DNA of 64,000 nt from Naegleria gruberi (Eukaryota), in the NCBI GenBank assembly GCA_000004985.1, contig GG738925.1. One strand, given 5' to 3'. The notes beneath the pieces are model-generated. The model was given only the letters and a program-made list of their open reading frames with translations. It searched no databases and was not told where the DNA came from. How positions within the stretch are numbered: the stretch's first letter is position 1; every line of letters begins with the position of its first letter. A program made the position numbers and the translations under genes. Positions 34,071-44,815 of this stretch are shown one piece after another.

Positions 34071-37000
34071 GTAATTATAGTAATTTACGACTAGCGTGTT
34101 ACAATGTAAACGGCCTGTATAAACATGCTAGTAAGAAATCGGTTACACCAGAAGTGAAATCAATGTGTCTTCATCATAAAATACACATGATTTCGTTAAC
34201 CGAAACTCATTTAAATACTCCTGATCTAGAATATAAAGTTAAAAATTCAGGAACAGGCTATATATTATTTAACTCCTTAATGAATACAACGAAAGGAAAA
34301 AAAGGGACGGCTGTTATGCACTTCCTTAACAACCCTCACAAGAGAAATATTACTAATATCAATCTAATTCCAGGTGTTCTTCAATGGACACGATTCGAAA
34401 GCAAAGGTATACCAATTAATATTTTCACTCCATATCTTAGTGGAAGAGTTGATGATAAAGAAAATGATGTTGAAGCCATGAACAGTATAACAAATGCAGT
34501 ACTGACATGTAGAGATGAACATGTCATAATTAATGGAGATCTTAATATCAATACCATTAATCCTTCAAACGGTAGAGATAAAGAATGGTGCTGGCTATTT
34601 AATCTACTCCAACTAACAGAATATAAGACTAATAATAAGACTTACATTAGAAGACAACAGAATAGAATCACCACTTCAAGATTAGACCACATTTTCGTGT
34701 CTAAAGATATTAAGGTTATCAAAGAAGAACTCCTTCCACCGCTCACAAGTAATGATCACATCCCTTTTTACATTGATATTGAATTCAAATCACATTTAAA
34801 TTGGAGATCATATATTGGTAAGAAGAAAAGAGAAGAAATGATCAAAGAGATAAATACGTCAAATGCCAATACATTTCAAGAATTAAATGCAGAAATACAA
34901 AACAACATTGCAAAATATGGAACCAAAGTTGACAGACTTGGTGGTAGCATTATTTCCTCCATATTTAAAGGTAAAATTCGTAAATTAGAAAATAAGATTA
35001 TGGGTAAATTAGAAGACCCAAATGTTGGACTTAATGAAATATCAGAACTACAAACAATTCTTAAAGAGACTCACATCCAATCATGTAAAGAAATCAAAGA
35101 ACAATTAACTGACAAATATAACAATAGTCACGCCTCCCACATGTATCAATTTGATAGAAAACTGCATTCTAAAGAAATTATCTGGAAAGAATTGCCATTT
35201 GGAGAACAAGAAATTTTAGATTATTTTTCCAAAAAGTTTACAACCTCCAATCAAACACCAACCTTTATGCCAAGTCCATCCACTATCACTTCAGGTCCTA
35301 GAGATATAGGTCGGATTTCATATAGAGATGTAAAAGAAACCATTAAAAGAATGAAATCGAATACACCAGGACAAGACGAAATTTCATTAGATATCATCAA
35401 GGGCTTAAAATTAGAGAAATTAGCTTTAATAGTTGAAGAGTTTAACAAATGTTTAACACAAGGAGATATCCCCCAAGAATGGAAACACGGTTGGGTTAAA
35501 CTGATTCCAAAGCGAGAAGTTAAAACATTAGGAGATATTAGACCCATCACAATACTACCAATATTTTATAGAATCCTTTTCAATTTAATCGCCCACAAAT
35601 TATGTGAATGGGCTAGCTCTCAGATTAATATGAGACAACAGGCCTTCATAAATAATAGAAATACAATGAACCATGGAATAGTACTTTCCTCCCTGGCCTT
35701 GAAAACTAGACGAAGAACATTTATATTAGTCAACCTTGACATTGAAGGTGCCTACGACGCAGTGGAGATGCCGGTTATTAGGATGGCCCTTAATCATTGT
35801 AAATTCCCAACACCACTAACTGATTTTATAATTAATGCATACAGCAATCACAGTTTACAATTAGAAATTGACAAACATCTATCAAATAACTTCACAAAAA
35901 CACGAGGAATTCCTCAAGGTTGCCCATTAGCACCTCTTATTTACGATTGTATTACACAACTCATAATAGACAAAGCAATAGACCAATGGCAACTACCAAT
36001 AGAACCATCTGAATTGAATGCAAACGAAATTGGTCTTTGTTGTTTCGCTGACGATATGAATATAGTATGCGACAGATTCACAAATTATAATGGAAGACTA
36101 GATAACATCGACGACTGGTTATCTCAATTGCTTTTCAAATTAAATGCAAAAAAGTCAATTGCCACTCTCCTTCCCACAAAAAGCAAAATCATACCAAAAA
36201 TCAAACAAGTGCCAATTCCCATTCAGAAAAATCTTAGAGTTCTCGGACACTACCCTTGGGAAGATAAATTGGTCAAAGAAGATATTGAAAGCAAGATAGC
36301 TAAATTCAATGAATCACTGAAATATTTCCCAATACTCAAACTTCAACCCCATAATTTAAGACAAGTCCTTCATGCTAAAGTGATTAGTTTATTTACACAT
36401 CTATCCAAACTTAATGTCATTCCTCCATCACTGGTATCAAGAATAGATATTTGCATTAGAAATGTACTCAGAACAAAGTTAAAACTAGACAGAACCACCA
36501 AAACAGCTTTTTTCCACCTACCATTAGAAGAAGGTGGACTCGGTGTTCCCTCAATTGAAGAATTTACAGACAGACTTAATTTAAGAACTCTCTCCTTAAT
36601 AGCAAATTCCAATAACAAGTTAGTTCAGAAAGCTTTTAAATTTGGAATTAGTCATACCAATGATAATAGTAATAACATTTTCATTCAATGGATGTCAATA
36701 CTTCAGAAATATAATTTAGATTTCAAAAAGAATCATACCAAATTCAGATTAAAGAAAGTGAATGAAACCAATAGATGCTTTATTATCCATACAGACGGAT
36801 CCAAGCTTGCAGGTAAAACAGGTATGGGTATTAATATATATGAATCCGGTGGAAGGTTATCACCTTGTAAAAGCCTTTCACTCCGTATCAATAATGAATA
36901 CTCTAATAATGTTGCAGAAATAGGAGCAATTATCACTGCAATGAAACTACTTCCAAATGGAACAACCGCTAGAATACACACAGATAGCAAAGTTGCAATA

Positions 37001-37795
37001 GATGTCCTATCCAGAAAATACAAAGGAAACTTTCTCCCTTTCAAAACTGAATTTTTCAATATCCAAAAAGAAAAGAATATTTCAGTTTATATAATCAAAG
37101 TTAAAGGACATGAAGATAAGGAAAATATAATAGTAGATCGCCTTGCGAAAGATGGAACTGAAAGAGATAAGATCTTTGATATCAAATCCTTACTAACCAA
37201 CCAATATTTACTTATGAAAAACGATATTGTGATCTTTGATTGCAAAAGAATGACTGTAAATCGCCAACTTAAGGAGATGCACGAAGCAATTGATAGTAAT
37301 CCCAACTTTATTCCAAACCAAAGCTGGTCATCAATTAATGTAGCCTACCTCAAGTCACGACTGTCACCTAAAACCAAATATCAAATTTGGCGAAACGCTT
37401 CAAATTCTCATATCAAATATACACAGAAGAAAGATGAATTGAATCCAACCTGCTCAGATTGTAATTGTCCCTCAAATTTAGAACATTACATACATGAATG
37501 CCCCAGACTAGACAATCAAAGAAGATATTGTCAAAATAGATTAACAGAAATACTTGATAGACCTGAGTGTTCACTCTCCCCTATCCAAGAAATTCCTTTC
37601 CAATACTCATATGTGCTATATTTCCATCACTCAGGCATAACCTTTTTTGAGAATGAATATATAGATAAGATCCCCAACCATAACGTCTTAAAGAAATGGC
37701 CAGAGATCCAAGCTGCTATTTCCAAATTTATTGGAAGAGCCTTCCTTATTTATCAAATTGATTCAAAACCTATTTACAAACGAAGTGAGAAATAG
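34067..37795 (+). CDS. LINE ORF2 polyprotein: AP-endonuclease, reverse transcriptase, RNase H, C-terminal Cys motif
   Basis: 1242 aa. The N-terminus has APE/EEP-like LRLACYNVNGLYKH...ISLTETHLN...INGDLNIN...SRLDHIFVS. The RT region has the FADDMNIVCD (Y/FxDD) motif. The RNase H region is CFIIHTDGSKLAGKTGMGI...AEIGAIITAMKLL...IHTDSKVAIDVL...VKGHEDKENIIVDRLAKDG. The C-terminal motif is CSDCNCPSNLEHYIHECPRLDNQRRYC. Confidence 0.85.
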   Translation: MSNYSNLRLACYNVNGLYKHASKKSVTPEVKSMCLHHKIHMISLTETHLNTPDLEYKVKNSGTGYILFNSLMNTTKGKKGTAVMHFLNNPHKRNITNINLIPGVLQWTRFESKGIPINIFTPYLSGRVDDKENDVEAMNSITNAVLTCRDEHVIINGDLNINTINPSNGRDKEWCWLFNLLQLTEYKTNNKTYIRRQQNRITTSRLDHIFVSKDIKVIKEELLPPLTSNDHIPFYIDIEFKSHLNWRSYIGKKKREEMIKEINTSNANTFQELNAEIQNNIAKYGTKVDRLGGSIISSIFKGKIRKLENKIMGKLEDPNVGLNEISELQTILKETHIQSCKEIKEQLTDKYNNSHASHMYQFDRKLHSKEIIWKELPFGEQEILDYFSKKFTTSNQTPTFMPSPSTITSGPRDIGRISYRDVKETIKRMKSNTPGQDEISLDIIKGLKLEKLALIVEEFNKCLTQGDIPQEWKHGWVKLIPKREVKTLGDIRPITILPIFYRILFNLIAHKLCEWASSQINMRQQAFINNRNTMNHGIVLSSLALKTRRRTFILVNLDIEGAYDAVEMPVIRMALNHCKFPTPLTDFIINAYSNHSLQLEIDKHLSNNFTKTRGIPQGCPLAPLIYDCITQLIIDKAIDQWQLPIEPSELNANEIGLCCFADDMNIVCDRFTNYNGRLDNIDDWLSQLLFKLNAKKSIATLLPTKSKIIPKIKQVPIPIQKNLRVLGHYPWEDKLVKEDIESKIAKFNESLKYFPILKLQPHNLRQVLHAKVISLFTHLSKLNVIPPSLVSRIDICIRNVLRTKLKLDRTTKTAFFHLPLEEGGLGVPSIEEFTDRLNLRTLSLIANSNNKLVQKAFKFGISHTNDNSNNIFIQWMSILQKYNLDFKKNHTKFRLKKVNETNRCFIIHTDGSKLAGKTGMGINIYESGGRLSPCKSLSLRINNEYSNNVAEIGAIITAMKLLPNGTTARIHTDSKVAIDVLSRKYKGNFLPFKTEFFNIQKEKNISVYIIKVKGHEDKENIIVDRLAKDGTERDKIFDIKSLLTNQYLLMKNDIVIFDCKRMTVNRQLKEMHEAIDSNPNFIPNQSWSSINVAYLKSRLSPKTKYQIWRNASNSHIKYTQKKDELNPTCSDCNCPSNLEHYIHECPRLDNQRRYCQNRLTEILDRPECSLSPIQEIPFQYSYVLYFHHSGITFFENEYIDKIPNHNVLKKWPEIQAAISKFIGRAFLIYQIDSKPIYKRSEK

Positions 37796-37828
37796 AATCT
37801 GAATAGATTCGCCAAAATGCATTAAAAG

Positions 37829-37844
37829 ATTTTTTTCTGATTTC
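37829..37844. repeat. Target-site duplication (3' copy) of the LINE insertion
   Basis: atttttttctgatttc is identical to 32402..32417. Confidence 0.8.
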
Positions 37845-38281
37845 TTTTTTTCACTGGAAAGTGGTGTTGATTGTTTCTTGTTAGAACTAATAAGAGATTG
37901 CATACTGATGAAGTGAACATTCAAAACTCTTCAAAAAATAACATAAGAGTTCTTAATATATCAAGCGTATTGATATGATTCTTAGAGCAATAATACACAA
38001 TGATAATACTAATTCCACCATTTTAATAAGTGAAAGTTGGGCATGATTTATTTCAATCAATTCATTTTCCTTAATCTAACAACTTTCCAATTTTCTTTTT
38101 TGAAAATTGAATTAGAAACAATATTTTGCATTCCAACGTACAACCTCCATGTACGAATGCTCAAAATGCGCTCAACATTCACTTGAAGGTTTAAGCGTAC
38201 ATCATCTCCCTCAGAGTGTAGGAGAAGGGAAGAAGAAGGAAAACAGGTGTCGCACTCCTAAATTTTCATCCTTAAAAAAAA

Positions 38282-41200
38282 ATGATCAAGAAGAAGACAA
38301 GTGCTAGCAGTAAAAATCTGAGCGAGATGGCTACTGCTGCTGTTCAGAGTAATCAGTCTTCTTCATCGTCATCTTCATCATCAAATGCAGCAAATTTAGT
38401 ACCACCAAGTAGTAGTAGTGGTTTGAAGCACAAGTATCATTTTAAATTTGTGGTTAGTGCTTTGGAAATCTTACCCGAAAAACCAACAACATCAAATATT
38501 AATAACAATCACATTTCATCAAAGGAAGTCAAAAAAACAACATCTATTGGTACCTTCTTTAAACAATTCACTGAATCACCAAAGATTCCTAGAACAGCAT
38601 TATTGGAATGGAAACGAAATTCAAGAAAGAGAGGAAAACTTCCTGTTTGTAGATTTCAAAAATCCATTGATCAAAACAAACCAGACCACTTCATCTTTTA
38701 TACAAGGGATGAAAAGGCTTTCGAATTCAATACAAGATTGACAACAACCAGTAAGTAGTAGTAATTTTAAATGGTTACAGCAACAACCATCATCCTCTTC
38801 ATCATCTTCTAAAATAGCTTCTACTTCCTACGGTTACAAGGATAAATTTTTGAGAATGTCTCTTGAGCAATTGCAGGATGAAGCATTTACTGCTTCCCCA
38901 GCTTCTAAACTGCTCACATCAAAGAAGAGAATTTGTGAGGAGGAAATTAATTTGGCAGAAGCTGTATCAATGAATGCAATGGAAAGAAGTCTTGTTTTAA
39001 TGGAAATTACACAAAATGGCCTTTCTCAAATCGAGTCAACAATTGCTGCTAAAAAGCTAAAAAAGAAAACAGGAATCTTTCCGATTAAGTTAGGAGGAGA
39101 TGACCAAGACCAGGAAATTGTGGCCTATCTCGTTTTGAGATATACTATCAGTTGTTCAACAAACGACACCCAACCTAACCTATCAACAAGTATGGTATCT
39201 AATGACATCACTGATGATACTGAAGTGAGTATGACAGAACCAGAAGTTTCCGATGATGAAGAGGATGAAGAACCATTCAAAAGTCCTAGAATTCTAGGAA
39301 CAACTCCTCGTTCAGAGTACAAGGATAATGTAAATACACCTTTCGGATCACCAAGCCAACAAGAAATTTTCCAAAAGCCAGTGGTGAATGAAGTTGAAAA
39401 CAATTCACTTCAAAAAACACAAAATCAATCAAGTAACAATTTGGAATCAATTACTCAAACAAATGGTAGCACTGAAAAGAAAATTGAAACGGAACAACCA
39501 AGTATCATTGTAGAATCAAACACGAATAATACTATTGTGGAAAATGTCCAAGAATCAACAGTTAGTTCCGAAAAGATTGAAAACCCACTTGCAAAGACTG
39601 AAGATGAGGGATCTAACTTTTTCCTTCTCGATGAAGAGGAAGAGCAGGAGGAACCAAAGCAACTGGAACAATCTCCAGTTATGATAATGGAAATGCCAAC
39701 AATGACAACAACAGAGGAACAAAAAATCGACCCTTCTCAACCACCATCACAAGAGCCTCAACAAGAACCAGAAGAAATTGAGGTTGTAGAACAAGTACCT
39801 GAATCAACTAGTCTTCCTATTGAAGAGAATGTCACAGAGACTGTCACACCTCAACAAGAAGAACCAGAAAAACCACAAATCACCCCTTCCCAAGTTGAAG
39901 TTGAGTCACCAAAGAAAGATAGTATGATTGTAGTGCAGAAGGAACCTGAAGAATCTCAATCATTCTTAGATTTGAGTGATGAAGAAGAAGAAGAAGAAAC
40001 CAAACCTGAACAAATTAACGAGCCAATTAGTGTAAATACAACTCAATCAATCAGTTCAACAGTAGAGGAAGAGCCTTTGAAGGAAGAACCAGGACTTGAT
40101 GAAAAACCTCTCACTATTGAGACATCAGAAAAGCAAAGTGAAGAAGAGTCTGATTTTGATATCATTCTTTCTCCATACGAAGAGTCAAATTCTACTAACG
40201 ATGCTAACCTGGCCACTAATGTAGTACATAAACCAGAAGAGCAAAAACCAGTCGAAGAAACTCAACCTATTGCAGATATCAAAACTTCTGATATTGTCAA
40301 TAAGGACTCGACAGAAAAGTTGCTCACCCCTGAAGATCATCATGATCATTCCTATTCTAGCGATGAAGATATGTTTACTCCTGTATATAGTTCCAACAAT
40401 ATTTACGAATCAAAAATTCCAGATGTTGAAGAGCCAACAATCCCAAAACCTAACAATCTTCACACCAAGATAATTGAAAGTGTTCTAAATGAAAACAAGG
40501 CAAACGAAGAGACTGAATCACTTACATCTTCAGAATACAATGAGATACAAAGAGACTATAGCGAAGCACTTATAGTACTTGATTTACAAAAGCAAAAAAT
40601 TATTGAGCTGGAAAACTATTCAAATTCATTCCATCCATTGGTTGTTTCATTGATTTGGGGTTTAATTTGCTCCTTGTTGTACTCTGTTTCACAAGTAGAG
40701 GTTTCAGCCATTAGACCAATTTTGGTTGCTACATTCTACACTATAGTAGTATACTTTGGTGTACAATTAACTCGTGCCATGAAGTTCTATAGCTATGGAA
40801 CTCATTTGACTAATTACCTTAAGGAAATAAGATTTTTGAAAAAATTAGAATCCATGCCAAAGAAGGATATTGGAACACTTGGCAACTATCTCAAGAAATA
40901 CATTACTAGCGAAGACTTTAGATTTTTGGATGATATTTTCAGATCAGCATCTTGGGGAGCCCTCTTTGCTCTAGTAGCTCTCATCTTGAAAGCTCTATTC
41001 AGTTCGGGTGACGAACAACCAAATCTTGGAGATGATAATGCTATTTACAGATTTTTCGTTAGTGGAATTCTTTACAAGTGTTTGTACAGATCTGTAACAG
41101 AGGAATTATTTGAAAGGTTATTCTGTTTGCTGCTTTCTGTTTTTATCTTTAATGAATTCAATTTGACCATCAAGATCAAGTACATTATTGACAAGTATAC

Positions 41201-41513
41201 AAATCCAAAGCATTCAGATCAGTTCAGAAACTTGGCCGATTTTGAAAAACAACAACCAAAGCCAATCAAATCTGGTAAGGCTGTCCTATCCCTACCTCAT
41301 TATTCAAGTGTTATTCTTGCCACCATTATTTCTACAATATTTTCTATTGGACAACCGGCACGTCACACATACACAACAGATAGCTTTATTTTTGACAAGT
41401 TATTAGGATCTTTTGTTTATTCTTACATGTTTGTTGTACAAGAGAAGGTTGAATTGTGTATGGTTGCCCACTTTACCAAGAATTTGATTGATGTAATTTT
41501 CAGTTATTATTAA
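38282..41513 (+). CDS. Large acidic E/Q/P-rich protein with C-terminal multi-pass transmembrane domain (unknown function), 2 exons
   Basis: Exon 1 is 38282..38748 (...NTRLTTT) and ends at a gtaagt donor. A 67-bp intron runs to the aaaatag acceptor at about 38815. Exon 2, in the frame of the 887-aa ORF (...STSYGYKDKFLRMSLEQLQ...), runs to 41513. The C-terminal 250 aa contain about 5 hydrophobic helices. Confidence 0.5.
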
Positions 41514-42260
41514 ATATCTTTTTAATTGAAACTTTAATTTGAAACATCATAACGCACCAATGTGAAATCCCTAAACTCCGTATTTGCACTTACTTGAAGT
41601 TTACTATCATTTGGTTCCTCTGCTTTTGTGCTTATTTCCAAACTTTCACTAACAGTATACTTTCCAAACTGAGATTCGTCCTTAATCAATTGCAACAATT
41701 GTAAATCTCATCCTTGATCTTTACATTCCCCAAAAAAAGCCCTCACTCTCTCCTTATTGCACTTGTAAACAGTTCATTAACTTATTTTTCAACCCTCAAC
41801 AAGCACTTTAAGAACAAAGCCAAACATACGATATTGAGTCCTCCCGTTCATTTACAACATCATACAGAAACATGAATGAACTCCACAACAACTCAAAAAT
41901 ATTGTGCGTTTAGATTGTTGGGCCCTGCAACCTAAATCAACAAAATCCAACTGCGCAGGAATCCGGCTTGCCAAACAGTTTAAGCAAAACACAAGAAAAA
42001 AAGCTTCATCTCTTGAATCTGCTGTTTTATCACCTTTTTCTAAATTGAAAAAAATTACGGTCACTCCCCGGAGAAGAGACTTGTGAAGAGTTTCCATCAA
42101 GTTATTGTTGTTATTGCTATCATTCAAGGCATCACTTTGTCCAGTATTATATTATTTATAAGAAGTTTTCATTTTCGAAAAATCTCTTTTGATAATCATT
42201 TTGTTATCTTCATCATCCTTAATTTATCAACTATCTAGTATTGTTATTATCTGTTCCGAT

Positions 42261-44043
42261 ATGTCTACTGGTCATAGTCCAACGAATTCATCAGAGATTG
42301 ATTTGGCTGAGGCTGATCTCCATCCGATTGCATGTTTTGCTTGTAGAAAGGGACACAGGTAGGTTAACTTTACACAATAATTGATTTATTATATTCATTC
42401 TCATCATCATCTTCATTATCATCACAAATAATAGAAAATGTGATCGTCACCTTCCAGGATGCAATGAATGTAAATTGAAAGGAAAAGAATGTAAATATCC
42501 AGAACCTATGAAGAGAGGTCCTCCTAAAAACATGCAAGTCTCGTATAATAATCAACAACCAATTAATCAACAAGTACAAGGATCATCACCATCATTGTCA
42601 CCAAAGAATAGACACAGTCCGTATGGTAGTACCTCGCTCAGTCCAGAAAATGTACCAAACCAACAACCAATTAATCATCAAATTGTTGATTTGTACTTTG
42701 ATATTGTTAGTATTGGTTGTCCAGTTCTTCAAAGAACAACAATGTTGGGTATTTGCTCAAAGCAACCACAGGAAAATTCACAAGCAGAGGAAGTGGCAAT
42801 GCTCTATGCAATTCAAGCTAACTGTTATCAAAGACTAGGTAGAAAAGAAGAAGGAAAGGAAGCATTTAGAATGTCCAGAAAGTATCTTTCCGACGTGTTT
42901 GATTTGTTGGATAATTTTCATATTGCTGCTGCATTCCTGCATCTCTCACTTTACTGTTTGGGAGAAGGTGAACACAATCAATCTAAATATTATTTGAATA
43001 GTGTTCAATTTTTCATTAATCAAAATAAGGAACGTTTGAGAGATAATGATTCATTTGTGAATTTGTCTAAGCTTGTACTATATGTTCAATTGTTACTTGA
43101 GGAAGAAGAAGCATTAACAGCCTTGGATATAGAAATTCAAAAGGAATCTCAAGGTCTCCAACAAAATCTAGTAATTACTGAGAGATATACATTGCAAGTG
43201 TATCACTTTAAGAAAATGATTGATCTATTCCTATTTGTAACACAGAATGTATCTGATGGTTTGTGTGGAAAATCGATACCACAAGCTCCACCTGTATCAC
43301 CAAACGATATTGTAAAAACACACTTGGTCATGGCAAACACTCAGGCAATGCAATTCAATAGATATCACCTCGAAAATTCACCTGCAGCTAAGAGCATTAC
43401 CAAGTTGATGCATCTTTTGATTATTGATGGATTAAGATTGGGAATTTTGTCAAGATCTCCAGCTCAATCAGATGAGGCAATCATAGAAACAGCTAACAGA
43501 ATCACAGGATATACCACATTATCATACTTTCCTTATCTCCCTTCACATATTTATAACGTAATTAACAACGCAGCAAGAATACATCTTGCCCTCTACAAAC
43601 AAATTCAAAGAGGAGAAAGACCAGATAATGGTATTGACTATTACGACATTTTAAAGAAGGATCAGAGAGCATTGCTTCTCCTTTCAGAAAGATATTCAAT
43701 GGTAGAAAAGAGAGCTAAACCAATTTTGCAACAATTGAGCGAGGAAATTCTCAAGAGAGAACGACAAGTTGTACACATGCAACACATGTTTTCTGGCAAC
43801 ACAGGGCACGTATCAGCTGCTAATTTGCCAGCATATTTCCCTGAGGATAGAGAAGCTCTTCAAAGAATTGAACAAATTACTTCTCAAAATCCATCACTAA
43901 CACAACTTCCACCATTCCCTGAAACAATGCAAAAAGATGATCCATTCGCTGCTGTAATAGAAGACGGATTTGATTTTGATATTTTCTCTAATGTTCCACA
44001 AACTGAAAACTTTTATACTGACCCTCAGTTGCAACTGTTGTAA
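42261..44043 (+). CDS. Zn(II)2Cys6 zinc-cluster transcription factor (second copy in window), 2 exons
   Basis: Exon 1 is 42261..42358 (MSTGHSPTNSSEIDLAEADLHPIACFACRKGH) and ends at a gtaggt donor. The intron is 42359..42434 (aatag acceptor). Exon 2 is 42435..44043 and continues RKCDRHLPGCNECKLKGKECKYPEP, giving the full CX2CX6CX6CX2CX6C cluster. Confidence 0.75.
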
Positions 44044-44135
44044 ATAAATTCGAATAAATTTTAAGACATTAACTTTCAATTCACACCTTACAATGGAAAT
44101 TGTAAACAAAACTGTTATTTAGGAGTTGAACATCT

Positions 44136-44618
44136 ATGGAGTTAAAATTAGATTTGATTTTCAAGATTAAAAAAATGATTACAGGCACCATATTGGCAAG
44201 AAGTGGAAAAACAAGACTCTATTACACACCAAAAACACAATCTCCAAAGAGAGATCTCAACACTTTCACACCTTACAATGGAGGTTGTTCAAAACATAGA
44301 AAGAAATCTTCAACCAATCAAGAATATTCTTCGGGAGGAGAACGGTTCGATTCTAATTTTTCTGAATTGAATGAAAATTCAAAATGTAAAAATCATGATA
44401 TGTGTGCAGAGCCAGTATTGATAAATTCGAGCTCAAAATTTAATACAGTTAAGGGTTTGAATAAATTGGAATGGTGCAGAGCAAAGCATGAGGAGAATTA
44501 TAAGATTCGGGTGGATAAGCGAAATACAAGAAATCATAAAAAGTGGTATCGAAATCATCCAGAAGGAGGTTTTTGTCAGAAGAGAATGATTATGGATCTC
44601 CATAATACAGTGGAATAG
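44136..44618 (+). CDS. Hypothetical 160-aa basic protein
   Basis: The ORF has no recognisable motifs and may be spurious. Confidence 0.2.
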   Translation: MELKLDLIFKIKKMITGTILARSGKTRLYYTPKTQSPKRDLNTFTPYNGGCSKHRKKSSTNQEYSSGGERFDSNFSELNENSKCKNHDMCAEPVLINSSSKFNTVKGLNKLEWCRAKHEENYKIRVDKRNTRNHKKWYRNHPEGGFCQKRMIMDLHNTVE

Positions 44619-44815
44619 GAAGTTCTTCAATTCATCAAAACCCATAGTTGCACAATTCAGATCAACATAGAACTCTTGACAAAAATACCAATCTTAGTAA
44701 CTTTCTGAATACACAAAAGTGAAACGAAGATAACATGTTTAATAATATTTAAAGATTGAAAGAGATCTTGAAAGGCACCACACAACAATTAAAAATAAAT
44801 TAAAAGTTTATGGGT

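Larger units (their letters stand above)
32418..37828 (+). mobile_element. Full-length non-LTR (LINE) retrotransposon, about 5.4 kb, APE+RT+RNase H type with ORF1, flanked by 16-bp TSDs
   Basis: Perfect 16-nt direct repeats (atttttttctgatttc) lie at 32402..32417 and 37829..37844. Between them are a short upstream ORF (MPLHDRPPDPINCLQL..., 32431..32619), ORF1 (to 34070) and ORF2 (34067..37795) joined by an ATGA stop/start overlap. There is a short A-rich 3' end (...gcattaaaag). The 5' end contains a locally GC-richer sequence (gaccgccctcctgatcc) atypical for the surrounding DNA. Confidence 0.85.

Noticed and set aside
44136-44618. ORF 44136..44618 as a confident gene
   Set aside because: It has no motif and a composition similar to the intergenic background. 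It is kept only as a low-confidence feature.
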